A stretch of 64,000 nucleotides of DNA from contig CAZETS010000016.1 of assembly GCA_964515335.1 (NCBI GenBank), positions 5,744 through 69,743 of the forward strand, given 5' to 3'. Within the stretch, counting starts at the first letter, position 1. Each line of letters opens with the position of its first letter. The DNA comes from an uncultured Spirochaetaceae bacterium. Lineage in GTDB: Bacteria; Myxococcota_A; UBA9160; UBA4427. Positions 45,895 through 55,483 of the stretch are shown here, piece by piece. Under the pieces are notes generated by a model that saw only the letters and a list, made by a program, of their open reading frames with translations, did no database searches and was not told where the DNA came from. A program made the position numbers and the translations under genes.

Positions 45895-47889
45895 ATGTGT
45901 GCCGCCCGGGCGAAGCCCCGACCCACCGACCTGCCGCCGCTGCTGCCCGAGCCCCTGTCCACCACCCGGCGACGCGGCGCGTTCCGGCTCGCGGCCGGGA
46001 TGCCGATCGTGCTGCCACCGGAGGGTGACGGCGCCGCCGACGCCACGGCCCGCCGCCTGCGCGACGGCCTGGCGGCGATCTGCGGCGCGACGCTTTCGAT
46101 CGAGGGCCACCGGCGCAGCGACGCACTCGGACCGCACGTCGCGCTGGTGATCGACCCCGCCGTCGGCGTGGTCTCGCGGCCGGACGTGCGCGAGCAGGCC
46201 TACCGTCTCGACGTCGCCGAACCGGGCGTGTGCATCACCGGGGGGGGCGCTCCCGGCTTGCGCCACGGCGTGGAGACCCTGCTGCAGCTCGTCGACTCGC
46301 GCGGCCGGCTGCCCGCCTGCCGCATCGACGACGCGCCCGCGCTCGCGCGAAGGGGCATCATGCTCGACGTCTCGCGCGGGAAGGTGCCCACCGAGCAGAG
46401 CCTCGTCGAGCTGATCGAGCTCTGCGCGGTGCTCCGCCTGAACGTGCTGATGCTGTACACCGAGCACACGTTCCGCTTTCGGCGCCACCCCGAGATCGGC
46501 CGCGAAGCGGGCTCGCTCGACGCCGACACGATGCGGCGCCTCGACCGCACCGCGGCCGAGCACGCCGTCGAACTCGTCCCGTGCCTGCAGTCGCTCGGCC
46601 ACATGGAGCACGTGCTCTCGCTGCCCGCGTATCGCGACCTCGCCGAGACCGACATGGGCTGGACGATCGCGCCCACCGCCGACGGCACCTACCCCCTGCT
46701 CGCCGACCTCTACGACGAGTATCTGCCGAACTTCCGCTCGCCCCTCTTCAATGCCAACTGCGACGAGCCGTGGGACCTCGGACGCGGGCGCTCGGCCGAG
46801 CGGAGCGAGCGGCTCGGCCCCGGCGGCCTGTATCTCGAACACGTCCGCCGCATCCGCGAACTCGCCGCGCGCAACGGCAAGCGTACGATGATCTGGGCGG
46901 ACGTCGTCCACGCCCACCCCGAGCGCGTCGAGGATCTCCACCGCGACCTCGTGCTGCTCGACTGGTGGTACGAGGCCAGCTTCGACTACGACCGGGTCTC
47001 GGTCTTCGCGAAGCACGACCTCGAGTTCATGGTGTGCCCGGGCACGTCCACCTGGAACGCGCTCTTTCCGCGCATCGACAACTCGGCGCAGAACATCTCG
47101 GCCTGGGCCGAGGCGGGCCGGCGCCACGGCGCACTGGGCCTGTTGAACACCGACTGGGGCGACTTCGGTCACTACAACCTGCAGGGCAACTCGCTCTTCG
47201 CCTACGCGTGGGGGGCCCAGGAGGCCTGGTCGGGGCCGGCCGACCGCACACGCTTCGACCGCGCCTTCTCGCGGGTGCTCTTCGGGGACGCGAGCGGGGG
47301 GATCGCGCGGCTGGTTCGCGCCCTGGGCGCGATCCACGACCCCGGCTTCACGATGTTCAACGGCTCCGCGCTGCAGTACCTGTTCTTCGAAGACGTCGAG
47401 CGCGGCTACTTCGTCGACGCGACACGCCCTGCCCGGCTGCGGGCCTGCCGGGGACGACTCGAGCGCCTGCGGCCGCGCATCGAGCGCGCGACCCGGCAGA
47501 CCCCGCGCGAACACCGGGCGCTTCGCGAAATGCTCTACGCCTGCGACGCGTCGGCGTTCGCGGTGCGCAAGGCCGAGGCCGGGCGCGAGGTGCTGGCGTG
47601 GCGCCGCGGCGAGCAACGACTCGACGCGCCGGGCCGCCGCCGGCTGGCGAAGCGCCTGTCGACCCTGGCCGACGAGCAGGCCGCCCTGGGGCGGCGGCTG
47701 CGCGGGCTCTGGCTCGATCGCGCAAGGCCGTCGAACCTCGAGTTCACGCTGCGGCGCATCCGCCGCGCGACCCGCATGCTGCGGCGATCCGCGAAGCGGC
47801 TGACCGCGAATCAGCCCGGCCGAGCCCCGCAGCGGACCGCGTTCAGCCACGAGGGCGCGATCCGGGCGATGCGCGACACGGCGCCCTGA
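45895..47889 (+). CDS. GH20-family beta-N-acetylhexosaminidase-like glycoside hydrolase
   Basis: Internal ATG at 45895. Contains IDDAPALARRGIMLDVSRGKV...LNVLMLYTEHTF and WADV/NTDWGDFGH blocks. Confidence 0.8.
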   Translation: MCAARAKPRPTDLPPLLPEPLSTTRRRGAFRLAAGMPIVLPPEGDGAADATARRLRDGLAAICGATLSIEGHRRSDALGPHVALVIDPAVGVVSRPDVREQAYRLDVAEPGVCITGGGAPGLRHGVETLLQLVDSRGRLPACRIDDAPALARRGIMLDVSRGKVPTEQSLVELIELCAVLRLNVLMLYTEHTFRFRRHPEIGREAGSLDADTMRRLDRTAAEHAVELVPCLQSLGHMEHVLSLPAYRDLAETDMGWTIAPTADGTYPLLADLYDEYLPNFRSPLFNANCDEPWDLGRGRSAERSERLGPGGLYLEHVRRIRELAARNGKRTMIWADVVHAHPERVEDLHRDLVLLDWWYEASFDYDRVSVFAKHDLEFMVCPGTSTWNALFPRIDNSAQNISAWAEAGRRHGALGLLNTDWGDFGHYNLQGNSLFAYAWGAQEAWSGPADRTRFDRAFSRVLFGDASGGIARLVRALGAIHDPGFTMFNGSALQYLFFEDVERGYFVDATRPARLRACRGRLERLRPRIERATRQTPREHRALREMLYACDASAFAVRKAEAGREVLAWRRGEQRLDAPGRRRLAKRLSTLADEQAALGRRLRGLWLDRARPSNLEFTLRRIRRATRMLRRSAKRLTANQPGRAPQRTAFSHEGAIRAMRDTAP

Positions 47890-47911
47890 CGGGCGCAGCG
47901 AGTCCGCGCGC

Positions 47912-49309
47912 TCAGTCCGTAAACGATGGCCGTGTGCCGGCGAGGCGCTCGACGAGCACGCCGCGGGCCGCGCCCGCGAGGTAGACCGAGCCCGTGCAGC
48001 AGAGCAGGTCGTCGGCGCCGAGCGCGGCGGCGGCCGCGCGCGTGGCGTCTCGCGGGTCTTCGATGCAGTGGCGCCGGGCGCGGGGCATGCACTCGGCGGC
48101 GCGCGCCTCGAGGAAATCGAGCTGGCACGAGCGAATCGGGTCGGCGCGGGTCAGCCAGACCTCGTCGCTGACGGGTGCGAGGGCCGAGAGGATTGCGTCG
48201 GGCGGCTTGTCGCTCGAGATCGAGACGACCAGGTGACGGCGTGCGGCGCCGATCGCAGCGAGCACTTCGGCGAGCGAGCGAGCCGATGCCGAGGTGTGCG
48301 CCGAGTCGACGATGATGGTCGGACGCACGCCGAGCACCTCGAGCCGGCCGGGAAGGACCGCCTCCCGAAGCCCGCGTTCGACGGCCGCCGCAAGCGCCTG
48401 AGCGTCGTGGGCGCCCAGCCGCCGAACCGCCGCGATGGCGAGAGCCGCGTTGAGCGGCTGGTGGCGACCGAGCAGGGGCAGCACGAGATCGTCTAGCTCG
48501 AAGCCGGACTCGCGGTACGCGAAGTGTCGCCCCGTCGCGGGAGGAAGCGCCGGGGTCTCGGCAGGGGCGGTGGCGTACTCGATGTCGAAGTCGGACCCGA
48601 GCGCGCTGACGGCCGACCCGACCCGGCCTGCGGTCTCCCTCACGACCTGCTCCGCCTCGGGCGCGAGCGCACCGATCACGCAGGGCGCGCCCGGCTTGAT
48701 GATGCCGGCCTTCTCGGCCGCGATCGCGGCGAGGGTGTCGCCGAGCTTGTCGGTGTGCTCGAGCTCGATGTGGGTCACCACCGTCACCGCCGGCACGATG
48801 GCGTTCGTCGAGTCGAGGCGGCCGCCCAGCCCCACCTCGATCAGGGCCCGATCCACGCCCGCCCGCGCGAACAGCACCAGTGCGATGGCGGTGGTGGCGT
48901 CGAAGAACGTGGGCGACGCCACCTCCTCGTCGCGCCGCAACGCCTCGACGTGGGGGCGCACGATCTCCGCGGCGGCGGCCAGGTCTGCATCGGCCACCTC
49001 GCGCCCCGCGATGCGAAAGCGCTCGGTCCAGCGCTCGAGATGAGGCGACGTGAACGTGCCCACGCGCTCGCCGGCGGCGCCCAGGATCGACTCCGCGAGC
49101 AGACACACCGATCCCTTGCCCTTCGAGCCGGCGACGTGAACCACCGAGAGGTCGCGCTCGGGGTGACCGAGCCGCTCGAGCAGCGCGACGATCGCCTCGA
49201 GGTCGAGCCGCGCGTAGCGGAAGCCCGGCGCGCGCTCGTGGTTGATCAGACCCTCGAGCCAGGCGCCGGCGTCCGCCGCCGTCCTGATCGCCCCGCCTGC
49301 GACCGTCAC
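47912..49309 (-). CDS. folC: Bifunctional folylpolyglutamate synthase / dihydrofolate synthase
   Basis: P-loop HVAGSKGKGS, FTSPHL, EVGLGGRLDSTN and HTDKLG. GTG start. Confidence 0.9.
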   Translation of the reverse strand: MTVAGGAIRTAADAGAWLEGLINHERAPGFRYARLDLEAIVALLERLGHPERDLSVVHVAGSKGKGSVCLLAESILGAAGERVGTFTSPHLERWTERFRIAGREVADADLAAAAEIVRPHVEALRRDEEVASPTFFDATTAIALVLFARAGVDRALIEVGLGGRLDSTNAIVPAVTVVTHIELEHTDKLGDTLAAIAAEKAGIIKPGAPCVIGALAPEAEQVVRETAGRVGSAVSALGSDFDIEYATAPAETPALPPATGRHFAYRESGFELDDLVLPLLGRHQPLNAALAIAAVRRLGAHDAQALAAAVERGLREAVLPGRLEVLGVRPTIIVDSAHTSASARSLAEVLAAIGAARRHLVVSISSDKPPDAILSALAPVSDEVWLTRADPIRSCQLDFLEARAAECMPRARRHCIEDPRDATRAAAAALGADDLLCCTGSVYLAGAARGVLVERLAGTRPSFTD

Positions 49310-49454
49310 GACCCGCCCCCCGATCCTCGCTGCGCCCCGTCGTAGCGTGCCGCCGCCGTGCCCCGAAACGCAACCAGGGCGGCCCGTGAGGGACCGCCCT
49401 GGCGCGAATGGGTCGCTTCGCCCACCGGCTCTCCGGCCGATGGTGGCGCGAGGC

Positions 49455-49781
49455 CTACTGGAGCAGGTACCGCTGGCTGTCGCGGTACTTGCGGACGGCC
49501 TCGCTCGTCGACTCGATGGCGGGGAAGAAGTACTTCACCGCGTGACCGCACTCCTGGCAGACCCTGTAACAGAACTTGAAGCCCTCGACCTCGCGCACGC
49601 TGCCGACGCTGATGCGGTTCTTGTCCGTGCAACAGCCGCTCGGGCGAGGCGGGGAGACGATGCGCCGCGGGTAGTCGTTCTTCGGCGCCTCGCTCGTCGA
49701 GTACTCGATGATGTTCTGGGTCAGCCGGTGCGACCGCTCTTCGGAGTTCTTCTTCCGGATGTTGCTGCCGATTCTTCTCAA
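49455..49781 (-). CDS. Cys-rich zinc-ribbon-like hypothetical protein
   Basis: ...SGCCTDKNRISVGSVREVEGFKFCYRVCQECGHAVKYFF... TTG 49781 overlaps the NRDE gene stop (TTGA), with GAGGA upstream. The track's GTG 49877 lies inside the NRDE gene. GC is lower than in neighbouring genes. Confidence 0.6.
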   Translation of the reverse strand: MRRIGSNIRKKNSEERSHRLTQNIIEYSTSEAPKNDYPRRIVSPPRPSGCCTDKNRISVGSVREVEGFKFCYRVCQECGHAVKYFFPAIESTSEAVRKYRDSQRYLLQ

Positions 49782-50674
49782 CTGGTCGTCCTCGTGGGTG
49801 CCTCCGCCGATCCGTAGCCTGGCGACTGCCTCAGCTCGGTCAGCAGAGATGAAAAATCGTCGTACGGAGCGCTGCACGGTGCGCCCTCCGCGTACAGCAG
49901 GCGGCTGTTCTCGGGCGCGTGCGCAATCTCGAGCAGGATCGAGCTGCGCGTCCCGTAGGTGTCCGCCATGTGGACGCAGGTGTCGTCGAGAGGCGTCTGG
50001 CCGGTGCCGTGCTCGCGGCAGACGTCGGCGAGGGAGGACAGCACCTCTTCGGGAGGCAACTCGGCGGTAGTGCGGGCGCGGTCGTGCACGCGATCGACCT
50101 TTGCCTGGCGCACGTCTGCCTGGAGCACATCCGCTCTAAGCGAGTCCGCCCCAAGAACATCCGCCGCCCCTGCGTCGCCGCCGGCCGCGGGAGCAGTGGA
50201 GGCGGATCCGTTGCGGATCGCCGCGGCCGCGTCGGCGTTGCCCACGACGTGGACGCCCGGCGCAAGCGAGTGGACCTCGGGGCGGTCGCGATAGGTGATC
50301 AGGTAGGCGGCGGCGGGGTCGGCCACGAAACAGTTGAAGGAGTTGTAGGTGTCGCGCGGCAGCCGGGCCAGGGCGCCCGCCGTGGCGTCGGCCGAGCCGA
50401 ACGCGAGCGCATCCATCACGACGGCCCCACGCGACTTCAAGGTGGGGTTCGGCTCACCGGTGCGCAGATTCGTGAGCGCCACGAAGACGCCGTGCGCATT
50501 GAGGCCGAGCCAGGTGCCGCCGGCCTGGGCGTCGAGCGGAGCGACCACTGCGCCACCCGGTCCACGCCGGAGAGCGGGCCCCTCGGCGGGCCGGTCCAGG
50601 TACTCGTCGCGGTTCGCCGCAACGACGAGCCAACGTCCGGGGACCTTGCGATGGATGGCGATCAGGGTGCACAT
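49778..50674 (-). CDS. NRDE-family protein (TANGO2/DUF833 homologue)
   Basis: Internal ATG at 50674. Has the N-terminal MCT and the signature VVAANRDEYLDRP, plus GGTWLG. Confidence 0.85.
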   Translation of the reverse strand: MCTLIAIHRKVPGRWLVVAANRDEYLDRPAEGPALRRGPGGAVVAPLDAQAGGTWLGLNAHGVFVALTNLRTGEPNPTLKSRGAVVMDALAFGSADATAGALARLPRDTYNSFNCFVADPAAAYLITYRDRPEVHSLAPGVHVVGNADAAAAIRNGSASTAPAAGGDAGAADVLGADSLRADVLQADVRQAKVDRVHDRARTTAELPPEEVLSSLADVCREHGTGQTPLDDTCVHMADTYGTRSSILLEIAHAPENSRLLYAEGAPCSAPYDDFSSLLTELRQSPGYGSAEAPTRTTS

Positions 50675-50958
50675 CGACGGGGTCGAAGGTGCCTCTCGTC
50701 TTTCGCGTCTTACGCGCCTTGCGTTTTGCGCGTCTCGCGTTTCGGGTTTCGCGCGTTCCCGGCTTCGTCGCGCGTCGTCGCACCGCCGCTGGACGATCCG
50801 CTCGCAAACGCCTGCTCGGCTGGCTGGCGAAGTGGCGAGCGGCAGCGCGACGGCAGCCATTCTCGCGGGGCCCGGGCGGCCCACGAAACCGACGCTCCGC
50901 GGCCAGCGGGCGCCGGATACACCTCGGGGCACACTGCCCCCACTGGTGTTGACGGCAA

Positions 50959-50987
50959 AATATAACGCCACTGTAACCAGTTGGCAA
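50959..50987 (-). promoter_or_regulatory. Sigma-70-type promoter: TTGCCA, 17-nt spacer, TATATT
   Basis: On the minus strand the -35 is at 50987-50982 and the -10 at 50964-50959. It sits in an AT-rich island within a roughly 70% GC region. It would give a leader of about 275 nt before the NRDE ATG. Confidence 0.5.
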
Positions 50988-51008
50988 CGGCTGCGACCCG
51001 ATTCGGCC

Positions 51009-52358
51009 TCAGGCGCCGACCAGTCGCAGCGGGCGGCTCGCCTCGCCGCCCTCGAGGTCCGGATCGACCTCCCAGCCGCGTTCGTCGCGAATCGCCTCGG
51101 CGCGCTCGGCGGCGTTGTCCCGGCTCATCTCGAGGCCGTACTGGCCGAACACCTCGCTGAGCTGGTCGAAGTTGCGCTCGATGGTGTCGTGCACCGACTC
51201 GAATCCGTGCTGCACGGCCTCCGCCCGCTTCCAGAACGCGATCGGATTCACATCGAAGAACTGGCGGTCGTGCTCGCGCGGCTCGATCAGCACGATGTCG
51301 CCGCGGAAGCGGTCGTCGGCGAGGTAGCGCTGCAGACCCAGCTTCAGGCGCGAATGGAGCAGCGTGCGGAAGACCTGGTTGAGCACGAGTTTGAGGCCGC
51401 GGTCGGACAGGTAGCGACCGTCCGCGAAGTACTGGGGGTCGAAGTTCTCGTCGTCGGTGCGGTTCAGGAAAGGGCGGAACGGGTTGTAACAGATGATCAA
51501 GTCGGCGCCCTTCTCGATCGCGACGTCGATGTTCGCGGTGTTGCGCACGCCGCCGTCCACGTAGTCGATGCCGTTCAGACGCGCGGGCCGGTAGAAGATA
51601 GGCAGCGCGGTCGACGCCTGGATGCTCTGCGCGATCGTCACCGCACTGTTCTCGTCGGCGCCGAAGATCACGCGCTCGGCCGTGTCGAGATCACAGGCCG
51701 ACAGGTACAGCCGCACGTTGCGCTTGCGCTGAAAGGCCCGGAAGTCGTTGGGCAGGCCGCTGCGCTCGAGACCGCGCCTCATCCAGCGCTCGAGCGAGCT
51801 GTTGTCGAAGAAGCCGGAGGGGAAGTGGTTGGTCAGGCCGGGCTGCTCGCGGCTCGGCGACGTGTGGTCGATGAGCGCCATCACGAGATTCTCGACGTGC
51901 GCCCAGCTCGGCTCCCGGGTGAGGCGCCGCGCGTGGTCGCCGACCGCGTCCGGCAGGCCCGGCAGGCCGCGCAGGAACTCGACCGTGATGCCCGGCAGGT
52001 ACGAGGCGAGGTCGTAACCGAACATGGCCGGGCGGCTCACGAACTCGCGCCAGTTCGGGTTGTAGAAGTCCAGGGGCCGCAGCTGCTCGAAGCGATCGCT
52101 CGTACCCTCGAGCACGCGGATCATCTCGTCGGGACCGATGCCACCGGCGAGCGGCACCGCGAGCATCGCGCCCGCCGACAACCCCACGTAGGTGTCGAGC
52201 TCGGTCACGTCGCGGCCGACCAGGTAGTCGTTCAGCGCCTTCAGGCCGCCCACCTTGAAGGCGCCTCCCGACACGGCGCCACCGGCGAGAACCAGCGCCA
52301 CCTTGGGGTTGCGCTTGGGCGGCTGCCCGATGCTCTTGCGAATGAGCGTGAGTCCCAC
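51009..52358 (-). CDS. Patatin-like phospholipase
   Basis: Oxyanion motif LAGGAVSGG, nucleophile elbow GLSAGA and catalytic Asp in DGGVRN. GTG 52358 follows GGGAGG; the track's GTG 52409 is an alternative. Confidence 0.88.
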   Translation of the reverse strand: MGLTLIRKSIGQPPKRNPKVALVLAGGAVSGGAFKVGGLKALNDYLVGRDVTELDTYVGLSAGAMLAVPLAGGIGPDEMIRVLEGTSDRFEQLRPLDFYNPNWREFVSRPAMFGYDLASYLPGITVEFLRGLPGLPDAVGDHARRLTREPSWAHVENLVMALIDHTSPSREQPGLTNHFPSGFFDNSSLERWMRRGLERSGLPNDFRAFQRKRNVRLYLSACDLDTAERVIFGADENSAVTIAQSIQASTALPIFYRPARLNGIDYVDGGVRNTANIDVAIEKGADLIICYNPFRPFLNRTDDENFDPQYFADGRYLSDRGLKLVLNQVFRTLLHSRLKLGLQRYLADDRFRGDIVLIEPREHDRQFFDVNPIAFWKRAEAVQHGFESVHDTIERNFDQLSEVFGQYGLEMSRDNAAERAEAIRDERGWEVDPDLEGGEASRPLRLVGA

Positions 52359-52805
52359 GACCGACCTCCCCGTGCGCCGGTGATCGGACCGCCGGCGCCA
52401 CCCCCCCACGGGATGCTGTGTAGCGCTCGACCCGCCGAGGTCGCTGTTGCCCCCCCGGCCGGGTCGATCGGCCCCTGGGTTTCGCCGCAGTGCGTCAGCA
52501 GGGACGACTACGAGCGGCCCATCAGGGCGCCTCTTGCCACGACATCAATCTATACCAGCCGTCCTCCAAAGTGAATCCGGCGAAACACTCGCCACTTACC
52601 CGGGCTTCCCGACCCTCCCCGCCGGCTCGGCGCTGTGCGGCAGCTGTACGCAGTATCGCGATACGCGTGCTGCGCTGCGTCGTCCAGCCGCTTTTCCGGG
52701 CCGACCGGCTGTGGAACCCTCGTCGGTGGTCGGCCCGCGGCACGCACGGGCTCGCGGCCGATCGGAAACGAGCTCGAGAGAGCCGAGCGAGGCGTAGCCG
52801 GAGAA

Positions 52806-53972
52806 GTGGACCGCAGGACGACGACGAGTGGCGCCTCGCGGTGGCGCGCCGCTGCGCTGGCACTGCTGGTGGTAGCGCCCGGCGTCGCGGGCGCCGAGCC
52901 CGAGACCGCCGATCCCGCAGGGATGGACGCCGGGCTGCTGCGCCAGCTCGAGGAGGCCGCGCGGCTCGATCGCGAGACGCGGGCCCAGCGCGAGGCACGG
53001 GAGGCCGCCTTGCGGGCGAGCCGCGAGGCCGAGCGGAGCGCCGAGGAGGCCCGCCTCCGCGAGGCGGAGCGCGCCGAGCGGGCGCCGCTCGAGCAGGCGA
53101 TCGCCGACCAGCAGGCCCACCAGGTGGATCTGCTCGACGCGGTCGACGGGGGCGGCGATGCGCGCGGCCTCGTCCCGGCGCCCGCCCCGCTCGACCCCGG
53201 CGTCGCCGACCCACGCGTCGCCGCGCCGAGTCCGACCCTTCGCCCCCTGCCCGACGAGATCTTCGACCGCAGCGACGAGGTGATCCGCGCCGGGACCTGG
53301 GGCAACCGCGAGGACCTCCGCGTGACGCGCCTCGTCCTCGATGCCGACGGTGACGGACGCCCCGAGCTGATCCGCATCGTCGACCGCCGCTCCGGCGAGC
53401 TGGTCCGTCAGGAGGAGGACCGCAACTACGACGGCGTGCTCGACGCCTGGACGCGCTTCCGTTCCGGCCAGCCCAGTAGCCGCGCCCTCGACGGCAACGA
53501 CGACGGCAACCCGGACGCCTTCGAGAGCTATCGCGACGGCCGTGTCGCGTTGCGCGAGCTCGACCGCGACGACGACGGCGTGCGCGACGTCTTCTACCGC
53601 TACCGCGGCGACTCGCTGGTCGAGGAGCGCCACGACGCCGACAACGACGGCCTCGTCGACCTGGTGATCGTCTACGAAGAGCGTCTTCGCGTGCGCGCCG
53701 AAGAAGACGTGGACCGGGACGGCCGCATGGACCTCTGGACGAGCTACGTGAGCGACGCCGGCCTCGAGCGCGTCGCGCGCGTCGAACGCGACCGGCGGGG
53801 CCTCGGGTTCGCCGACACCATCGAGGTCTTCGAGACCCGAGGCGGCGCCTCGGTGCTGCTGCGGCGCGAGGAAGACCTGAACGGCGACGGCGAGATCGAC
53901 GTGGTGTCGTTCTACGTGGGCGGCAAGCTGAAGCGACGCCAGATCCGCGATCCCGACGGGACGCCGATGTAG
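52806..53972 (+). CDS. Secreted protein: signal peptide, Arg/Glu coiled coil, then about 8 DxDxDG calcium-loop-like repeats
   Basis: Signal peptide RWRAAALALLVVAPGVAGA. Repeats: DADGDGRPE, DRNYDGVLD, DGNDDGNPD, DRDDDGVRD, DADNDGLVD, DVDRDGRMD and DLNGDGEID, spaced roughly 25-30 aa apart. The GTG start was inferred from the signal peptide. Confidence 0.7.
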   Translation: MDRRTTTSGASRWRAAALALLVVAPGVAGAEPETADPAGMDAGLLRQLEEAARLDRETRAQREAREAALRASREAERSAEEARLREAERAERAPLEQAIADQQAHQVDLLDAVDGGGDARGLVPAPAPLDPGVADPRVAAPSPTLRPLPDEIFDRSDEVIRAGTWGNREDLRVTRLVLDADGDGRPELIRIVDRRSGELVRQEEDRNYDGVLDAWTRFRSGQPSSRALDGNDDGNPDAFESYRDGRVALRELDRDDDGVRDVFYRYRGDSLVEERHDADNDGLVDLVIVYEERLRVRAEEDVDRDGRMDLWTSYVSDAGLERVARVERDRRGLGFADTIEVFETRGGASVLLRREEDLNGDGEIDVVSFYVGGKLKRRQIRDPDGTPM

Positions 53973-53997
53973 CCCCGGGCGCCGGCCGCGGCCGCCC

Positions 53998-55335
53998 TCA
54001 ACGCTCCTCCGCCTCGACCTCCACGCGCCTGCGCTGCCGCTCGCGGAACGCCTCGATGCGCCTCTGCTCGATGAGCCGCATCAGCGCCTGGTTGCGCTTC
54101 TTGATGCGCTCGAGCTCCACCGCCAGCTCACGTGGCGTCATCCCCGACTTCTCGAAATCGAGGTCGAGCTGCACGCGCTGCTCGCCCCCGTCCGACGCGA
54201 GCGCGGCGACCTCCACGCGATTGAGGCCCTCGCGCACCGGAACGAACGCCGAGAAGCTGCCGTCGGGTGCGAGCTGGACGTCGTAGGAGATCTCGCCGGT
54301 CGTGAGGTTGGTGACGATCACGTCGTCGACGTTCGCGAACGAGACGCCGGAGAGGAAGCCGACGATGTCGCCCGGATTGCGGACCGGCGTGAACGTGCCG
54401 AGCGTGATGCGCGAGATCTCGGACAATGCCAGCGGCGACATCAGGGCCTGCTGGCCGAGCGCGAAGGTGTTGATCGTGATGCCCGCGCGGTGGGCGAGCC
54501 GCGAGGCGCTGATCGCCGCCTCGGTGTCCTCGGGATCGGGCGAGGTCGCCTTGCCGAACGGAAAGGTCGGCACACCGTCGGTCAGCAACAGCACGACCTT
54601 GCGCGCACCGGGCCGCGGCTCGCTGTACGACCGCGTCAGCCCCGCCAGCTCGACGACACCGAGCTGGATCGCCGCCGCGAAGTTGGTCGCGCCGTAGGAT
54701 CCCTCCTCGAGGATCTCGTCGAGCACCGACGACACGGCCTCGAAGTCGTGGGTGAGCGGGATCTTCAAGAGCGCGTCCCGCTGCTCGGCGCTGACCCGCT
54801 CGCCGGTGGCGGGGTCGACCGCGCCCGAGAAGACGAGCACGCCGACCCGCGTCTGCTCCGCATCGAGCACCTCGAGCAGATGCCGCGCCGCCAGGATCTC
54901 GGCGGCCAGGATGGTGTCGTCCGCATCGCTGCAGACCGTGCCGTCGGGATAGGTGCCGGGCGGCACCAGCTCCTGCTCGGGATTGATGGCGACCTCGCCG
55001 TCGCGGTCGACATCGATGCCGCTCGGGTACCGGGTCGAGTGCGAGACGTCGATCGCCAGCATCACGTCGAAGTCGGTCGGCGCCCCGCTGCCCGAGCGCG
55101 CCCGGCCGCGCACCGGCGCCATCGTGACCTTGTTGCGCACCACCTCGCCGTCGCCCGGAGACGAGATGGTGATCTGCACCGGCGCGGCGCCGTCGGTGGC
55201 GGCCTGCGCGGGCCGCGAACCGCCGGGCCAGGGGGCCAGGGCGAGCCATCCCGCACACGCGAGCGCGCCGGCTGCGCGGCGGACTGTCTGGGGCGATCGC
55301 TCCGGCAAGCCAATCTCCTCGCAAGCAGGCGCCAT
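53998..55335 (-). CDS. Secreted von Willebrand factor A (VWA) domain protein with a C-terminal coiled coil
   Basis: MIDAS motif LAIDVSHST...LLLTDGVPT, a signal-like N-terminus and the C-terminal ELERIKKRNQALMRLIEQRRIEAFRERQ. An alternative TTG start at 55308 follows GAGGAG. Confidence 0.85.
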   Translation of the reverse strand: MAPACEEIGLPERSPQTVRRAAGALACAGWLALAPWPGGSRPAQAATDGAAPVQITISSPGDGEVVRNKVTMAPVRGRARSGSGAPTDFDVMLAIDVSHSTRYPSGIDVDRDGEVAINPEQELVPPGTYPDGTVCSDADDTILAAEILAARHLLEVLDAEQTRVGVLVFSGAVDPATGERVSAEQRDALLKIPLTHDFEAVSSVLDEILEEGSYGATNFAAAIQLGVVELAGLTRSYSEPRPGARKVVLLLTDGVPTFPFGKATSPDPEDTEAAISASRLAHRAGITINTFALGQQALMSPLALSEISRITLGTFTPVRNPGDIVGFLSGVSFANVDDVIVTNLTTGEISYDVQLAPDGSFSAFVPVREGLNRVEVAALASDGGEQRVQLDLDFEKSGMTPRELAVELERIKKRNQALMRLIEQRRIEAFRERQRRRVEVEAEER

Positions 55336-55483
55336 CGGACGGACACCCCGAGGCGGGTGTTTCGGGTGCTGCGGCCGAGCGCCGAGCATAGTCGAGCGCT
55401 TCGACGCCCCTCCAGCGCGTCCGCCGGCGCGCTCGCGGCCGGCTCGCCGCTCTCTCGATTTCTCTCGCTCTCTCTACGGGGCT

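Noticed and set aside
51009-52358. Patatin-like phospholipase as the effector of a CBASS-type or other defence system.
   Set aside because: There is no adjacent CD-NTase or cyclase, sensor, or other defence-associated gene. The neighbours are NRDE and secreted proteins. The only cyclase in the window (21127) is 30 kb away with a housekeeping-type architecture.
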